DNA from: Candidatus Limnocylindria bacterium
Lineage (GTDB): Bacteria > Patescibacteriota > Saccharimonadia > Saccharimonadales > JAGQNK01
DNA: 64,000 bases
Reading direction: 5' to 3'
Assembly (NCBI GenBank): GCA_035489815.1
Contig: DATHJH010000018.1
Span: 73,931-137,930 of the forward strand
In this document: positions 1 to 10,510 of the stretch, piece after piece
How the letters are laid out: the number at the start of each line of letters is the position of its first letter
Numbering within the stretch: position 1 is the first letter of the stretch
Program-made: the position numbers and the translations under genes
The notes under the pieces: generated by a model
Told to the model about the DNA's origin: nothing
What the model saw: only the letters and a program-made list of their open reading frames with translations
Databases searched by the model: none

Positions 1-26
1 GATGCTTATGGTTATTTTATCATATA

Positions 27-54
27 AAAACCAGCCGATTTCTCGGCTGGTTTT
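27..54. terminator. Bidirectional intrinsic terminator downstream of the pilin gene
   Basis: AAAACCAGCCGA-TTTC-TCGGCTGGTTTT hairpin with A/T tracts on both sides. Confidence 0.75.
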
Positions 55-74
55 GGTAGCTCTAATGCTATCTA

Positions 75-497
75 CTAGTTCACACTGTTGAGGACGTAGG
101 CACCTCCGGCACCTGCATCAGGGTCCTCGGTGTTTTCCAGTGCAGCAGAGAGGGTGAATGAAGAACATCCGGCGGTATCACACGTTCCGGTGCCAGTATA
201 TGTGTAGGCGTCGTTTCGCGGACCAGTTGTTTCTTCTGTGCCGGTAATGTCAAGGTCTGTTGCCAGGTTGGCAGTGAGCGGGTAGTGTCCGTCGTCGTTA
301 AAGCTTGTTTCAAGCTTTTGTTGTAAGTTTTTGAGCTCGTTCTTACGATCGGTGTCCCGGCCGCGGGCCTGGGCGCTAAACAGGTTAGGCAGAGCCAAGG
401 CAACCAGTATGCCGATGATGACGATCACAACCAAAAGCTCGATGATTGTAAAGCCCTTCTGGCCCTTTAATTGATCTTTAGACAAATTTTTACGCAT
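75..497 (-). CDS. Type IV pilin / GspG-like prepilin
   Basis: Class III signal KGFTIIELLVVIVIIGIL; ARGRD..RK.EL..LQ..LE helix; downstream of pilB-pilC. Confidence 0.9.
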   Translation of the reverse strand: MRKNLSKDQLKGQKGFTIIELLVVIVIIGILVALALPNLFSAQARGRDTDRKNELKNLQQKLETSFNDDGHYPLTANLATDLDITGTEETTGPRNDAYTYTGTGTCDTAGCSSFTLSAALENTEDPDAGAGGAYVLNSVN

Positions 498-676
498 TTA
501 TCCACTCCTTAAATGCTAGTTTTTACTTTTTTTAGTACTACCCTAAAAATATACGCTTAAGCTTAACTTGTCAACTACTATAAGGTTCAAAGCTGAGACC
601 TATCCACAGCCTTTTGAGTCATTTGTTAAAATCCAAAGTATTGACAATGTCTATACAATAGTAATACAATATAAAC

Positions 677-952
677 ATGAATACGGCAATTTTGAATATC
701 AAGACAGACCCAGAAACCAAAGAACAGTTGAAAAAGTTTGCGGCGCAGCTGGGCTTGCCGGTATCTGCACTTATGAACGCGCAGATCAAGCAGATGTTGC
801 GCACCCGCAAGGTGGAATTTGGTTCCCCCCTGGAGCCTACCCCTTACCTGGAGGAGATCATTAAAGAAGCTGAAGCTGATTACCAGGCCGGCCGCAACAT
901 TATTACGACCAAAACAGACAAAGAGACTTTGGACTTCTTGCGCTCGATATGA
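677..952 (+). CDS. RelB/DinJ-family antitoxin
   Basis: RHH-like N-terminus (LNIKTDPETKEQL...LGLPVSAL); overlaps the toxin start by ATGA. Confidence 0.8.
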   Translation: MNTAILNIKTDPETKEQLKKFAAQLGLPVSALMNAQIKQMLRTRKVEFGSPLEPTPYLEEIIKEAEADYQAGRNIITTKTDKETLDFLRSI

Positions 953-1209
953 AAACTACATTCCATAAACGGTTTGTAAAGCAGTATGCTAAATTGCCGG
1001 TTGCCCAAAAGAGGCGTTTTGAAAAAGCGATACTACTTTTTAGGAACGAGCCGAATCACACGAGTTTATACAACCACTCATTAACTGGCGACTGGACGGG
1101 CTATCGCTCCATTGCATTCGGTGGGGATTGGCGGGCGCACTATCTTCCTAAAGGCAAAGACGAGGCACTCTTCGTTGCTATTGGTACGCATAGCCAGCTT
1201 TATAAGTAG
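949..1209 (+). CDS. RelE/YafQ-family mRNA interferase toxin
   Basis: F.KQY..L, NHSLTG.W.GYRSI, C-terminal IGTHSQLY. Confidence 0.88.
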   Translation: MKTTFHKRFVKQYAKLPVAQKRRFEKAILLFRNEPNHTSLYNHSLTGDWTGYRSIAFGGDWRAHYLPKGKDEALFVAIGTHSQLYK

Positions 1210-1215
1210 CGAATT

Positions 1216-2433
1216 CTAAACAGCGCCTTGCAGGGAGATGATGGGCCCCAGGACGCTGGCGACGATGACGCCGACGACGCCGCCCAGGGCGACGATGAGG
1301 ATTGGTTCTATGATGGAGGCCAGGCTGTCGATGACGGTGTCTACCTCTTGTTCGTAGAATTCGGCCACTTTTTCCAGCACGGTGTCCAGCTGGCCGGTTT
1401 CCTCGCCCACAGCGGTCATCTGGATGATAATCTGCGGCATGACGTGGCTTTCTTCCAGGCTGTCGGCGATGTTTGACCCGTTCCGGATGCGGACAATGCT
1501 TTCCTGGATACCCTTTTTAATGACGGCATTGTTAAGCGAGCCGCTGGTAACATTGAGGGCTTCTATCACGCTCACGCCCGCACTGGCCAGGGAGCTGAAG
1601 GTCCGGGCAAAGCGGGCGACATTTACCTTCATAATGATCTTGCCAAAAATCGGCACCTTTAGCAGAACCTTGTGAAAGTTGTACTGGCCGCTGGGTGTCT
1701 TGATGTACCTCCGGAAGGCGACGGTACTAACGACAATGCCCACAATCAGGAAGGGCCACCCGTGTACCAGAAAGTTACTAAGCGCCAGGATAACTTTTGT
1801 CTGGATGGGCAGTTCGACCTCGTTCTCTGTCAGGATGGTGGCGAGCTTGGGGATGACCCCGGTGAGCAAGAAGCCCACGGCGCCGATGGCTACGACCGTC
1901 ACGACCGCCGGATAGACCATTGCCCCCCGCAGCTTGCTTTTTATTTGGCTGTCTTTTTCCACCTGGTTGGCCAGGCGGACCAGGATCTGGTCCAGAATGC
2001 CGCCGGCCTCGCCGGCCCGGACCATGTTGACGTAGACCTCGGAAAAGATCCTGGGGTGCTGGCTCAGGGCGCCGGACAGCTGGCCGCCGCCCTGGACATT
2101 GGCGATGACCTGGTCTAAGGCTTCTTTAAGGGCTGCCGAATCGGTTTGGTCGCGCAGGGTGGATAGCGACCTCAGGATGGGCACCCCGGCGTTGATCATG
2201 GTGGAAAACTGGCGGGTAAAGATGACCAGGGCTTTGGGCTTGACGCCGCTCCGGCCGGGCAGTTTGATGTTTTTGCCAAAGCCGCTGCCGCCGACTGGTT
2301 TGACTGTGATCGGGCGGAGGCCTTTTTGTTTTAGCAACGCGATGGCTGCTTGCTGGGAGTTGGCGGTGATTGTTCCGTTTTGCGGGTCGCCGGATTTGGT
2401 CCGGGCAACGTAAGTAAATGATGAGGTTGCCAT
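1216..2433 (-). CDS. pilC: Type IV pilus platform protein PilC (GspF family)
   Basis: Two T2SSF domains (FTRQFSTMINAG, AGEAGG.LD, GEETGQLD), three TM segments. Confidence 0.93.
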   Translation of the reverse strand: MATSSFTYVARTKSGDPQNGTITANSQQAAIALLKQKGLRPITVKPVGGSGFGKNIKLPGRSGVKPKALVIFTRQFSTMINAGVPILRSLSTLRDQTDSAALKEALDQVIANVQGGGQLSGALSQHPRIFSEVYVNMVRAGEAGGILDQILVRLANQVEKDSQIKSKLRGAMVYPAVVTVVAIGAVGFLLTGVIPKLATILTENEVELPIQTKVILALSNFLVHGWPFLIVGIVVSTVAFRRYIKTPSGQYNFHKVLLKVPIFGKIIMKVNVARFARTFSSLASAGVSVIEALNVTSGSLNNAVIKKGIQESIVRIRNGSNIADSLEESHVMPQIIIQMTAVGEETGQLDTVLEKVAEFYEQEVDTVIDSLASIIEPILIVALGGVVGVIVASVLGPIISLQGAV

Positions 2434-2445
2434 TGTTGTCCGGAC

Positions 2446-4272
2446 CTATCCCTCTCCTGTTGTAGTGACGCGCAGGAGTTCCTCTATTGACGTCTGGCCG
2501 CGCAGGGCTTTGATGAAACCGTCCAGCTGCATAGTTACCATGCCTTCTTTGATGGCCTGGTTTTGTATGTCGGCGCTGGTGGCATTGGCCACAATAAGTT
2601 TTTGCACGTTTTCAGAGTTGGACAATACTTCGTAAATGCCGACCCGGCCTTTGTAGCCGGTGCGGCCGCAGGTTTCGCAGCCGTTTTCGTGGACCTTCCA
2701 GAGGCGGGTGATTTTAGCCGGCGTAGTACTAAGCTGGTCGGTCTTTTCAGACTTGCCCGGATTGTTACTACTGGTTTTGCCAATGCCGCCCTCCAGCGCC
2801 TGCTTTTCCAGGTCGTGGACGTACTGCATGACGGAACTGTTGTCTGTTTTGAATATCTCTGCCAGCTGCTTTAGTGTGGCCGCATCCGGCACGTAAGGGG
2901 TACGACAATCAACGCAGAGCCGGCGTACCAGGCGCTGGCCCACGACGGCCCGGACGGTGCTGGCAATCAGGAAAGGTTCTATCCCCATGTCCAGCAGGCG
3001 CGGCAGACAGGTAGCGGCGTTGTTAGTGTGCAGCGTGGCAAAGACCAGGTGCCCGGTCAGGGCGGCCTGCACTGCTAATCCGGCTGTTTCGACGTCGCGG
3101 ATCTCTCCGACCATGATGATATTCGGGTCCTGGCGCAGCAGGGCGCGCAGGCCGTTGGCAAAAGTCATACCGGCCTTGGGGTTAACCTGAGTTTGGTTGG
3201 CCCCCGGGATTTTGTATTCCACCGGATCCTCTACGGTAGAGATGTTGACACTTGGTTTGTTCAGCAAGCTCAGGGTGCTAAAGAGGCTGGTGGACTTGCC
3301 GGACCCGGTCGGACCGGTGACCAGGATCATGCCATGCGGCTGGGTAATGGCCTGGTTGATGTGCGCCAGGGCCGGACCCCAGTAGCCCAACTCTTCCAGT
3401 GTCAAGGCCTCGCTGGACTCGCTCAGGATGCGCATGACCACCTTTTCGCCTTCGCTGATGGGCAGGGTAGATACGCGCAGGGCATAGACGGCGCTGCCGA
3501 TCTGGATTTTGAACCGGCCGTCTTGCGGTACGCGACGTTCGTCCAGTTTGAGGTTGGACAGGATTTTGATGCGGGACACCAAGGCGCTGTGGACTTTCTT
3601 AGGCAGTTTGTTAGCTTCTTTCAAAATGCCGTCTACGCGGTAGCGAACACTGATGTAACTGTCCCGCGGTTCAATGTGGATGTCGCTGGCACCGCTGCGG
3701 ATGGCGTATTCGATCAGCAGGTTGACGGTCTGGGCAATGGGCGAATCTTCGGCCAGGTCGGCCTCGTCAACCTCCTCCTCTTTGCCTGCCTCTTCTTCGT
3801 CGCTGGCGGTCACCACCTGGGTCAGTTCGCTGCTGATGTTGCCGCGGTAGAGGTCCAGCGCAGTGCGAATATCGGTGGTGGTTGCCACATGGACTTTGAT
3901 GTTGTCCCCCAGTTGCTTCTGCAGGAAGTTGACGGCCTGGATGTCGTCCGGGTCCTCCATGGCCAACAGCTTGGAACCGTCCCCTTCGACGTCAAACAGT
4001 ACCACGCCGTACTGTTTGGCAATACGTTCGGGAATGAGTTTGAGGACCTCCCGGTTAATGCCCGTAGCGTCGACTTCTGTAAACGGAATGTCTATTTCTT
4101 TGGCGTAGAGTTTGGTCAGGTCCTTTTCAGATATGACCTCGTTTTTAATCACGATGTCCTGCAGGGGCTTTTTCTCGGCCTTTTCCTGGTCCTTCAATTC
4201 AGCCAGCTTCTCCGCAGAGACCTTTTTTGCGGCCACCAACAACTTTTCCACCAATGAATCAGAGATACGCAT
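2446..4272 (-). CDS. pilB: Type IV pilus assembly ATPase PilB (GspE family)
   Basis: ASDIHIEP, Walker A GPTGSGKS, EDPVE, LRQDP, GEIRD, TLHTN, CxxC...CxxC zinc motif. Confidence 0.95.
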   Translation of the reverse strand: MRISDSLVEKLLVAAKKVSAEKLAELKDQEKAEKKPLQDIVIKNEVISEKDLTKLYAKEIDIPFTEVDATGINREVLKLIPERIAKQYGVVLFDVEGDGSKLLAMEDPDDIQAVNFLQKQLGDNIKVHVATTTDIRTALDLYRGNISSELTQVVTASDEEEAGKEEEVDEADLAEDSPIAQTVNLLIEYAIRSGASDIHIEPRDSYISVRYRVDGILKEANKLPKKVHSALVSRIKILSNLKLDERRVPQDGRFKIQIGSAVYALRVSTLPISEGEKVVMRILSESSEALTLEELGYWGPALAHINQAITQPHGMILVTGPTGSGKSTSLFSTLSLLNKPSVNISTVEDPVEYKIPGANQTQVNPKAGMTFANGLRALLRQDPNIIMVGEIRDVETAGLAVQAALTGHLVFATLHTNNAATCLPRLLDMGIEPFLIASTVRAVVGQRLVRRLCVDCRTPYVPDAATLKQLAEIFKTDNSSVMQYVHDLEKQALEGGIGKTSSNNPGKSEKTDQLSTTPAKITRLWKVHENGCETCGRTGYKGRVGIYEVLSNSENVQKLIVANATSADIQNQAIKEGMVTMQLDGFIKALRGQTSIEELLRVTTTGEG

Positions 4273-4355
4273 AGTTTGAAATCATTATATAGGAATAGGA
4301 AAGCCGTAAGCAATTTAAGTACTTCAAAAAGGAGGTTAATGCGGAAAGGGGCTGG

Positions 4356-4817
4356 CTACGGTAGGATTTTTGGCGTAACAGCGTCACAGTTCGGCAGCCG
4401 GGCAAGGATAGCTTCTGGATCGAGCGTAAAAATTTGCTGGGGCGTTTCATCCTTGCTGCCCTCCATATGGAGTAGGGCTGTGAAGCCTGTTTCGTTGTCT
4501 GCGTTCTGGGCCAGAACTATCTGCAGGTCACCTACCTCCTCTGAGGTAGCTCTGCAAAGTGCAGTCACAACTTCCCCGGCCTTTAAAAAGCCGGCATAGC
4601 CTTGGAGGTTATTTGGTGTGGTCATTTCCTCATCAACAAACAGCGCAAGGTCAGTAGTCAATGCCGGATTGACCGTAAGGTCAAGCTCCCCTACTGATTC
4701 AAGGGCCGTAGTTCGGGTAGTTTCTTGTGCTGCGTTATCCGCGGGGTCGCCCTCCGATGAGCAGCCGCCAAATACCATCGCCGCAGATGTTCCTACAATT
4801 GCCAAACCCATCTTCAT
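4356..4817 (-). CDS. Hypothetical lipoprotein
   Basis: Signal peptide with lipobox-like FGGC; AAGGAG RBS upstream. Confidence 0.6.
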   Translation of the reverse strand: MKMGLAIVGTSAAMVFGGCSSEGDPADNAAQETTRTTALESVGELDLTVNPALTTDLALFVDEEMTTPNNLQGYAGFLKAGEVVTALCRATSEEVGDLQIVLAQNADNETGFTALLHMEGSKDETPQQIFTLDPEAILARLPNCDAVTPKILP

Positions 4818-5124
4818 TGTGTGTATACTCCTTAGTAATCTGCGTAAGTAATAGCAAGCTTATACGCCTCGGGCCTATAGGATATCGCACAGAAATCAAA
4901 GAATCTGATCCCTAACAGATGGGGATTTTGCAAGGCTGGGCCGTTCTGAGACCTAGGACCTAGAGGTCGGGCCTCTAACAGATGGGAAATACGCAAGTTT
5001 ACCGCCAAGTCAGTCCGGTGCACTGCACTTAGATATGTAAAAATTACCGATGATGGGTATTCGGCGGGTTTGCTATACTTAAGCAGAATAAAGAAATAGG
5101 GTGGATTAAGGGTATAAGAAACGA

Positions 5125-6180
5125 ATGGCAAAGAAAGAACCAAAGGCAGATCCGACAAAAGAGCCTAAGGCAGAGGACGCGGGCGGCAGGTCCAAGGCCT
5201 TGGGGCTGGCGATGGAGACGATTGAAAAGAACTTTGGCAAAGGGTCTATTATGAAACTGGGCGATGCCCATAAGACGGCGGTAGAGACCATCCCCACCGG
5301 GTCGCTCAGCCTGGACATTGCCCTGGGCGGCGGTCTGCCCAAAGGCCGGGTGATTGAAGTTTACGGCCCGGAAAGCTCCGGCAAAACCACTCTTACGCTT
5401 CATGCTATTGCCGCTATACAGAGACAGGGTGGCACAGCTGCGTTCATAGATGCCGAACATGCCTTGGACCCGGCCTATGCCCAGCGCATCGGCGTAGATA
5501 CAGCTAATTTACTGATTTCCCAGCCGGACAACGGCGAACAGGCTTTGGAAATTACCGAAACCCTGGTGCGCTCCAACGCCGTCGACCTGGTGGTGGTAGA
5601 CTCCGTAGCCGCCCTGGTACCGCGGGCAGAGATAGAAGGCGACATGGGTGACAGTCTGCCTGGCCTGCAGGCCAGGCTGATGAGCCAGGCCCTGCGTAAA
5701 CTGACCGGCGTTATTTCCCGCTCCAAAACGACCGTTATATTCATCAACCAGATACGCATGAAGATTGGCGTGATGTTTGGCAATCCAGAGACAACAACCG
5801 GCGGTAACGCGCTCAAATTCTATGCCAGCGCCCGCATGGACATCCGCCGTATTTCCCAGATCAAACAGGGCGAGGAAATCATCGGCAACCGCACCCGGGT
5901 AAAAGTGGTCAAGAACAAGATTGCGCCGCCCTTCCGGGTAGCCGAGTTTGACATCATGTACAACGAAGGTATTTCCATGACCGGCGACGTGCTGGATCTG
6001 GCTACCGAACGCGGTATTGTAGAAAAGGCCGGCGCGTGGTTTAGCTACAAAGACGCCAAAATCGGCCAGGGCCGCGAAGCCACCAAGGCTTACCTGAAAG
6101 CAAACCCCAAAGTCCTGGACGAAATAGAAAAAAAGGTTCGCGAAAACGCCGAAGCCGCAGCCACTGCGGCCAAGGGATAG
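5125..6180 (+). CDS. recA: Recombinase RecA
   Basis: [42 protein letters not shown]. Confidence 0.99.
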   Translation: MAKKEPKADPTKEPKAEDAGGRSKALGLAMETIEKNFGKGSIMKLGDAHKTAVETIPTGSLSLDIALGGGLPKGRVIEVYGPESSGKTTLTLHAIAAIQRQGGTAAFIDAEHALDPAYAQRIGVDTANLLISQPDNGEQALEITETLVRSNAVDLVVVDSVAALVPRAEIEGDMGDSLPGLQARLMSQALRKLTGVISRSKTTVIFINQIRMKIGVMFGNPETTTGGNALKFYASARMDIRRISQIKQGEEIIGNRTRVKVVKNKIAPPFRVAEFDIMYNEGISMTGDVLDLATERGIVEKAGAWFSYKDAKIGQGREATKAYLKANPKVLDEIEKKVRENAEAAATAAKG

Positions 6181-6181
6181 T

Positions 6182-6501
6182 ATGGCTCACCAGCAAATAG
6201 TTGTGGTTGACGAGAACGACCAACCGGTCGGTGTCTTTCCAAAGGAAGAAGTGTGGGCAAAGGGCCTGTCGCACCGCATCGTACATATCATGCTGGAGGA
6301 TGATCAGGGCAACCTGCTGCTGCAAAAACGCTCCATGCAAATGGATACCGCTCCAGGTTGTTGGGACCATGCGGCTGCCTGGATGAAGTCAAACAACTCA
6401 TCCGTAGCCACCCCAACCAAGTTACCGATGGTCTTGCGCTGGTTATGGACAGGCACTATACGCCAAGGGGTCTAGCACGCACTGGGCAAGAGATCTCTTG
6501 A
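6182..6501 (+). pseudogene. IDI-like NUDIX hydrolase with internal deletion and frameshift
   Basis: N-terminus VDENDQ...HR...LLLQKRS...PGCWD stops before the Nudix box; a C-terminal-like LDEVKQLIRSHPNQVTDGL follows in another frame (6379-6501). Confidence 0.7.
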
Positions 6502-6545
6502 TATAGCGTACATACTTATGTACAATTTTAAGTACAAGGAGTAGT

Positions 6546-6812
6546 ATGATGAATATAACCTCAGTCTCGGAACTGCGAAAAAATACCAAGAAATACTTTG
6601 ACCGGGTGGCAGACGATGAAGAAATTATTATCGTGACTCGGCCCAATGGGAGGTCAGTCGTGCTCATGTCAATGGATGCATACAACGATATAGACACGAC
6701 CGACTACCTAAGCAGTAGCGTAACAAATCGACTTCGTCTGCTAAAGTCGCTTGAACAGGCCCGTGCTGGCAAAGTCATCCCAAAGACAACTCAGGAACTA
6801 AAAGGTGACTAA
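6546..6812 (+). CDS. Phd/YefM antitoxin
   Basis: SELRKN...FDRV...IIVTR...VVLMS...TDYL.SS..NR.RL..S. Confidence 0.9.
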   Translation: MMNITSVSELRKNTKKYFDRVADDEEIIIVTRPNGRSVVLMSMDAYNDIDTTDYLSSSVTNRLRLLKSLEQARAGKVIPKTTQELKGD

Positions 6813-7074
6813 ACGACTACTCACTTTTACGCCGATTGGGTGGGAAGACCATATATACTGGCAGGAACACGACAAAAAACTGGCGCGTAAGATCAAGCTA
6901 ATTTTAGAAGTACTGAAAACGCCATTTACGGGAAGCGGAAAGCCAGAACCGCTGAAGTCCGATTATGCCGGCTACTGGTCTCGGCGTATTGATAAAGAGC
7001 ATCGTCTTATCTACAGTGTTTCTGACGAACATATTTTAGTGGCGCAGTGTCGGTTTCACTACGACAGAAAATAA
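6805..7074 (+). CDS. YoeB/Txe toxin
   Basis: PFTG.GKPEPLK....GYWSRRIDKEHRLIY, CRFHY. Confidence 0.92.
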   Translation: MTKRLLTFTPIGWEDHIYWQEHDKKLARKIKLILEVLKTPFTGSGKPEPLKSDYAGYWSRRIDKEHRLIYSVSDEHILVAQCRFHYDRK

Positions 7075-7101
7075 CAGGCCCAGAGTATAAGGGAGCAATC
7101 T

Positions 7102-7701
7102 ATGAAGATTACTGCGATCAAACAACAGATCAAACGGCAGGATCGCTACTCTATTTATGTAGATGACAAGTATCTGTTTTCTTTTTCTGAAAATGAGTTG
7201 ATTGGTTCTGGGTTGAAGGTAAACCAGGAACTGTCAGAACGGGAGTTGCTGGCGCTCAAGGACCAGGCTGTTCTGGGTAAGGCCTACGACCGCGCCTTAA
7301 ACCTCATTTCTCACCGTCCCCGGAGCGAATGGGAACTGCGCGACTACCTGAAGCGCAAGGACTACGATGAAGACGTTATAACCAGCACGATTGAACGGCT
7401 GCATGATCGCGGCTATGTAAATGATCTGGATTTTGCCCGGCGTTGGGTGCAGTCGCGGCGGCTGCTCAAAAGCACCAGCAAACGCAGATTGTCCCAGGAG
7501 CTCCGCCAAAAACGCATCGCAGACGATGTCATCAGCCAGGTGCTGGAGGCAGACGAAACCGACGAACGGCAAGTCCTGCGCGAACTCATAGAACGAAAAC
7601 GCAAACAAACCAAATACCAGGACAACCTCAAACTCATGCAGTATTTATCGCGCCAGGGCTTTAACTATGATGATATTAAAATAGCACTGGCAAAAGAGTA
7701 A
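7102..7701 (+). CDS. recX: Regulatory protein RecX
   Basis: RPRSE.ELR.YL, GYVND..FA..W, YL.RQGF; near recA. Confidence 0.9.
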   Translation: MKITAIKQQIKRQDRYSIYVDDKYLFSFSENELIGSGLKVNQELSERELLALKDQAVLGKAYDRALNLISHRPRSEWELRDYLKRKDYDEDVITSTIERLHDRGYVNDLDFARRWVQSRRLLKSTSKRRLSQELRQKRIADDVISQVLEADETDERQVLRELIERKRKQTKYQDNLKLMQYLSRQGFNYDDIKIALAKE

Positions 7702-7795
7702 CTTGCTATACGGTCCGGCGGAGTCGGGTGGGTGGGAGCCACGGCTTGCGATAAATCGGCGGTTTCTTGTTTTGCCTTTTCGTACTTTTTAGCTC

Positions 7796-8608
7796 TTAGT
7801 TCGGTGAGCGGGTGCGGAACAGGCGGACGGATACAAAGACGCTGACCAGCAAAATGCCGGTGCACCAGGCCAGGGCTTTCCAGCCGTAGTCGCCAATGGG
7901 GGTGCCGACCAGCAGGGCGCGGATGGCTTCGATCACCTGGGTGACGGGCTGATTCTCTGCAAAAATGCGCAGGTATTTGGGCATGCCGTCGGTCGGGACA
8001 AAGGCGCTGCTGGCGAAGGTAATGGGGAAGACAAACACAAAGGTCATCCACTGGACGGCCTCTACGCTTTTGGCAAACAGGCCCATGATGGCCGACAGCC
8101 AGGACATGGCAAAGGTAAACAGCAGTAAAATGGCAAAGACCAATATCCATTCCAGGAAACTGGCGGCCGGGCGAAAGCCCACGGCCAGTCCGACCAGGAT
8201 CATGATGATGCTGGATACGGTGTTACGCACCAGGTCTGCCACGGTGTGCCCAACCAGTACGGCAGAGGGCAGCATAGGCAGGGATTTGAACCGGTCCACA
8301 ATGCCGCGCTGCATGTCGGTAGCAATGCCAAGCGCGGTGTAGCTGGCGCCAAAGGCAGCGCTTTGTACCAAAATACCGGCTACCAGGAAGTTAACATAGG
8401 TGGTACCTTCGGTTTTGATGGCGCCGCCAAAGACGTAGCGGAACAGCAGCATGAACATGATTGGCTGAAAGGCCACAGACATCAGCTGGTCCGGGTTTTT
8501 TATGATGTGCTTGGCGCTGCGGACAATAAGCGTACCGCAGTTGCTGAGCGCCCAGTACAGTTCAGAGTGTTTTTGCGGCTTAAAGGCAGTCTCAGTGGAA
8601 GTTGCCAT
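7796..8608 (-). CDS. ABC-2 transporter permease (DrrB-like)
   Basis: Six TM segments, G..DRF.SLP, F.SSAFVP...MP..L..FA..QP. Confidence 0.9.
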   Translation of the reverse strand: MATSTETAFKPQKHSELYWALSNCGTLIVRSAKHIIKNPDQLMSVAFQPIMFMLLFRYVFGGAIKTEGTTYVNFLVAGILVQSAAFGASYTALGIATDMQRGIVDRFKSLPMLPSAVLVGHTVADLVRNTVSSIIMILVGLAVGFRPAASFLEWILVFAILLLFTFAMSWLSAIMGLFAKSVEAVQWMTFVFVFPITFASSAFVPTDGMPKYLRIFAENQPVTQVIEAIRALLVGTPIGDYGWKALAWCTGILLVSVFVSVRLFRTRSPN

Positions 8609-9597
8609 TACTTTTTCCTCCTTCCGGCGGGTTCGTCTTCGGGTTCGGTTTCCTGTGACGAGTCGGCGGTTTGTTTGCCGGTGAGGGTCAGGAAGACGTC
8701 GTCCAGGGTCGGTTTATGCAGGGCCAGGGTTTCTACGGTAATTTTGGCTTTTTCAAGTTCAATCAACAGGTTTTTGACCTGGGTGGCGCCGCCGTTGTTG
8801 GCGATGGACAGCTTCCGTTGGTCTTCGTCGACTTGCAGGGCTTCGCCGTCAACGATCTGTTTGGCTTTACTGAAATTGCTCTTTTCGCTGATGGTCAGTT
8901 CCAGCCGTTCGTTGCCGACCTTTTGTTTCAGTTGGTCGGCGGTACCTTCGGCAATGACTTTGCCGCCGTCAATCACTACGATCTTGTCCGCCAACAGATC
9001 TGCTTCTTCCAGGTACTGGGTGGTCAGGAGGATGGTGGTGCCCTGGGCAACCAGGTTCTTGATGATGTCCCACATGGCAATGCGGCTGCGGGGATCCAGG
9101 CCGGTGGTTGGTTCATCCAGAAACAGAATAGGCGGCGTGGCAATCAGACTGGCAGCCAGGTCCAGCCGGCGGCGCATACCGCCGGAATAATTTTTAGCAA
9201 TCCGGTCCGCTGCTTTGACCAGGTCAAACTGTTCCAGCAGTTGTTGGGCACGCTTGGCGGCGTCCTGTTTGCTGAGGCGGTACAGCCGGCCCATCATTTC
9301 CAGGTTTTCGCGCCCCGAAAGGTATTCGTCCACGGCGGCGTACTGGCCGGTCAGGCCAATGACTTCCCGGACTTTTGCTGGTGATTCGTGCACGTCAAAG
9401 CCGTTGACTTTTATGGTGCCGCTGTCGGCCTTTAGCAAGGTACTGAGAACGCGGACAATGGTGGTCTTGCCGGCACCGTTCGGGCCCAGCAGGGCAAAGA
9501 CATTGCCCGTTTCGACGGTCAGGTTGACGCCCTCCAGGACTTTTAACTTTCCAAATGATTTATGTAGATCTTTGACTACAATCGCAGTTTTTGGCAC
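8608..9597 (-). CDS. ABC transporter ATP-binding protein (DrrA-like)
   Basis: GPNGAGKT, YSGGMRRR, LDEPTTGLD, PTLDDVF. Confidence 0.95.
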   Translation of the reverse strand: MPKTAIVVKDLHKSFGKLKVLEGVNLTVETGNVFALLGPNGAGKTTIVRVLSTLLKADSGTIKVNGFDVHESPAKVREVIGLTGQYAAVDEYLSGRENLEMMGRLYRLSKQDAAKRAQQLLEQFDLVKAADRIAKNYSGGMRRRLDLAASLIATPPILFLDEPTTGLDPRSRIAMWDIIKNLVAQGTTILLTTQYLEEADLLADKIVVIDGGKVIAEGTADQLKQKVGNERLELTISEKSNFSKAKQIVDGEALQVDEDQRKLSIANNGGATQVKNLLIELEKAKITVETLALHKPTLDDVFLTLTGKQTADSSQETEPEDEPAGRRKK

Positions 9598-9771
9598 GCA
9601 GGTACGTCTCCCTAAATTTTTTAATTGTCCAAGTTAGACCTTAATTGTATCACTTTTTACTTCGGTGTGCATCTGTTACTGGTGCTTTTGTGTGCGGCAA
9701 GTACCCTGCAACCAGTCGACTATCACCAACCGGGAGAGTTTTACAGCGACAATATAGACCAAAAACCGAAC

Positions 9772-9819
9772 AAAACATATCACCAATGTGTCCGGCTGGA
9801 CACATTGGTGATATGTTTT
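9772..9819. repeat. 48-bp near-perfect palindrome, related to 27347-27394
   Basis: AAAACATATCACCAATGTGTCC-GGCT-GGACACATTGGTGATATGTTTT. Confidence 0.85.
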
Positions 9820-9869
9820 TGCGGAACTGCCAGTAGTATTGCATATTGCCACTAATGGGGTACTAAAGC

Positions 9870-10403
9870 TTAAGCGGCGGGCGAGGTTGCGGTCAGCGGA
9901 GCTTTCTGGCCCTTCAGGATTTCCTGAATGATGATTTTTTTGTTGGTGATTTCAGTGATTTGCGATCGGTCTACACTTAGCTGTCCGCCGCCCAGGCTTT
10001 TTAAAATGCTTTGGGTGATATAGAGTTTTTGGATATAGAAGGTGGTGGTTTCTGCGGCAAAGTCAGATACTTTGCCGATTTTTTGTTTGCTGGTGGTAAC
10101 TACCTGTTTGCCAATCAGCTGGAAGTCAAGCTGCATGATGTCCTGCAGCCGGACCAGTTCGGCCGGTTCGGCCAGTACCTCGTAGTCGTTGACCACGTAG
10201 CCTTGCGGCAGGGTGTCGCGGATGTCCTGGGTTAGTAAAATGAGTGGTCGTTTCTCAAACCGGTCCTCACAGTAAAACCCTTCAATCTTCAGATTATTGG
10301 GGTTAATAATAGGACGGGAAACAGTGGCCACAGGACCGCCCGTGCGCAAGGACATAACTTGTTTATTCAGAAGGCTATTGCTCAGCTGTAGCATACCATT
10401 CAA
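9870..10403 (-). CDS. Tandem PRC-barrel domain protein
   Basis: Two repeats of L.gK.V.s..G..IG.V.D. Confidence 0.7.
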   Translation of the reverse strand: MNGMLQLSNSLLNKQVMSLRTGGPVATVSRPIINPNNLKIEGFYCEDRFEKRPLILLTQDIRDTLPQGYVVNDYEVLAEPAELVRLQDIMQLDFQLIGKQVVTTSKQKIGKVSDFAAETTTFYIQKLYITQSILKSLGGGQLSVDRSQITEITNKKIIIQEILKGQKAPLTATSPAA

Positions 10404-10510
10404 GTATATAGGACTTTGGCGCTTGAAAGGAGATGGGTTCGACCTATTTAGGCCGCGTCACCGGCAGTATACAGATCAGTGTCTGTGCGGTGCTAGAATA
10501 GCCATATGAA

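Noticed and set aside
3193-4257. Long antisense ORFs (also 8246-9190, 11967-13025)
   Set aside because: Shadow frames of well-supported GC-rich genes on the opposite strand
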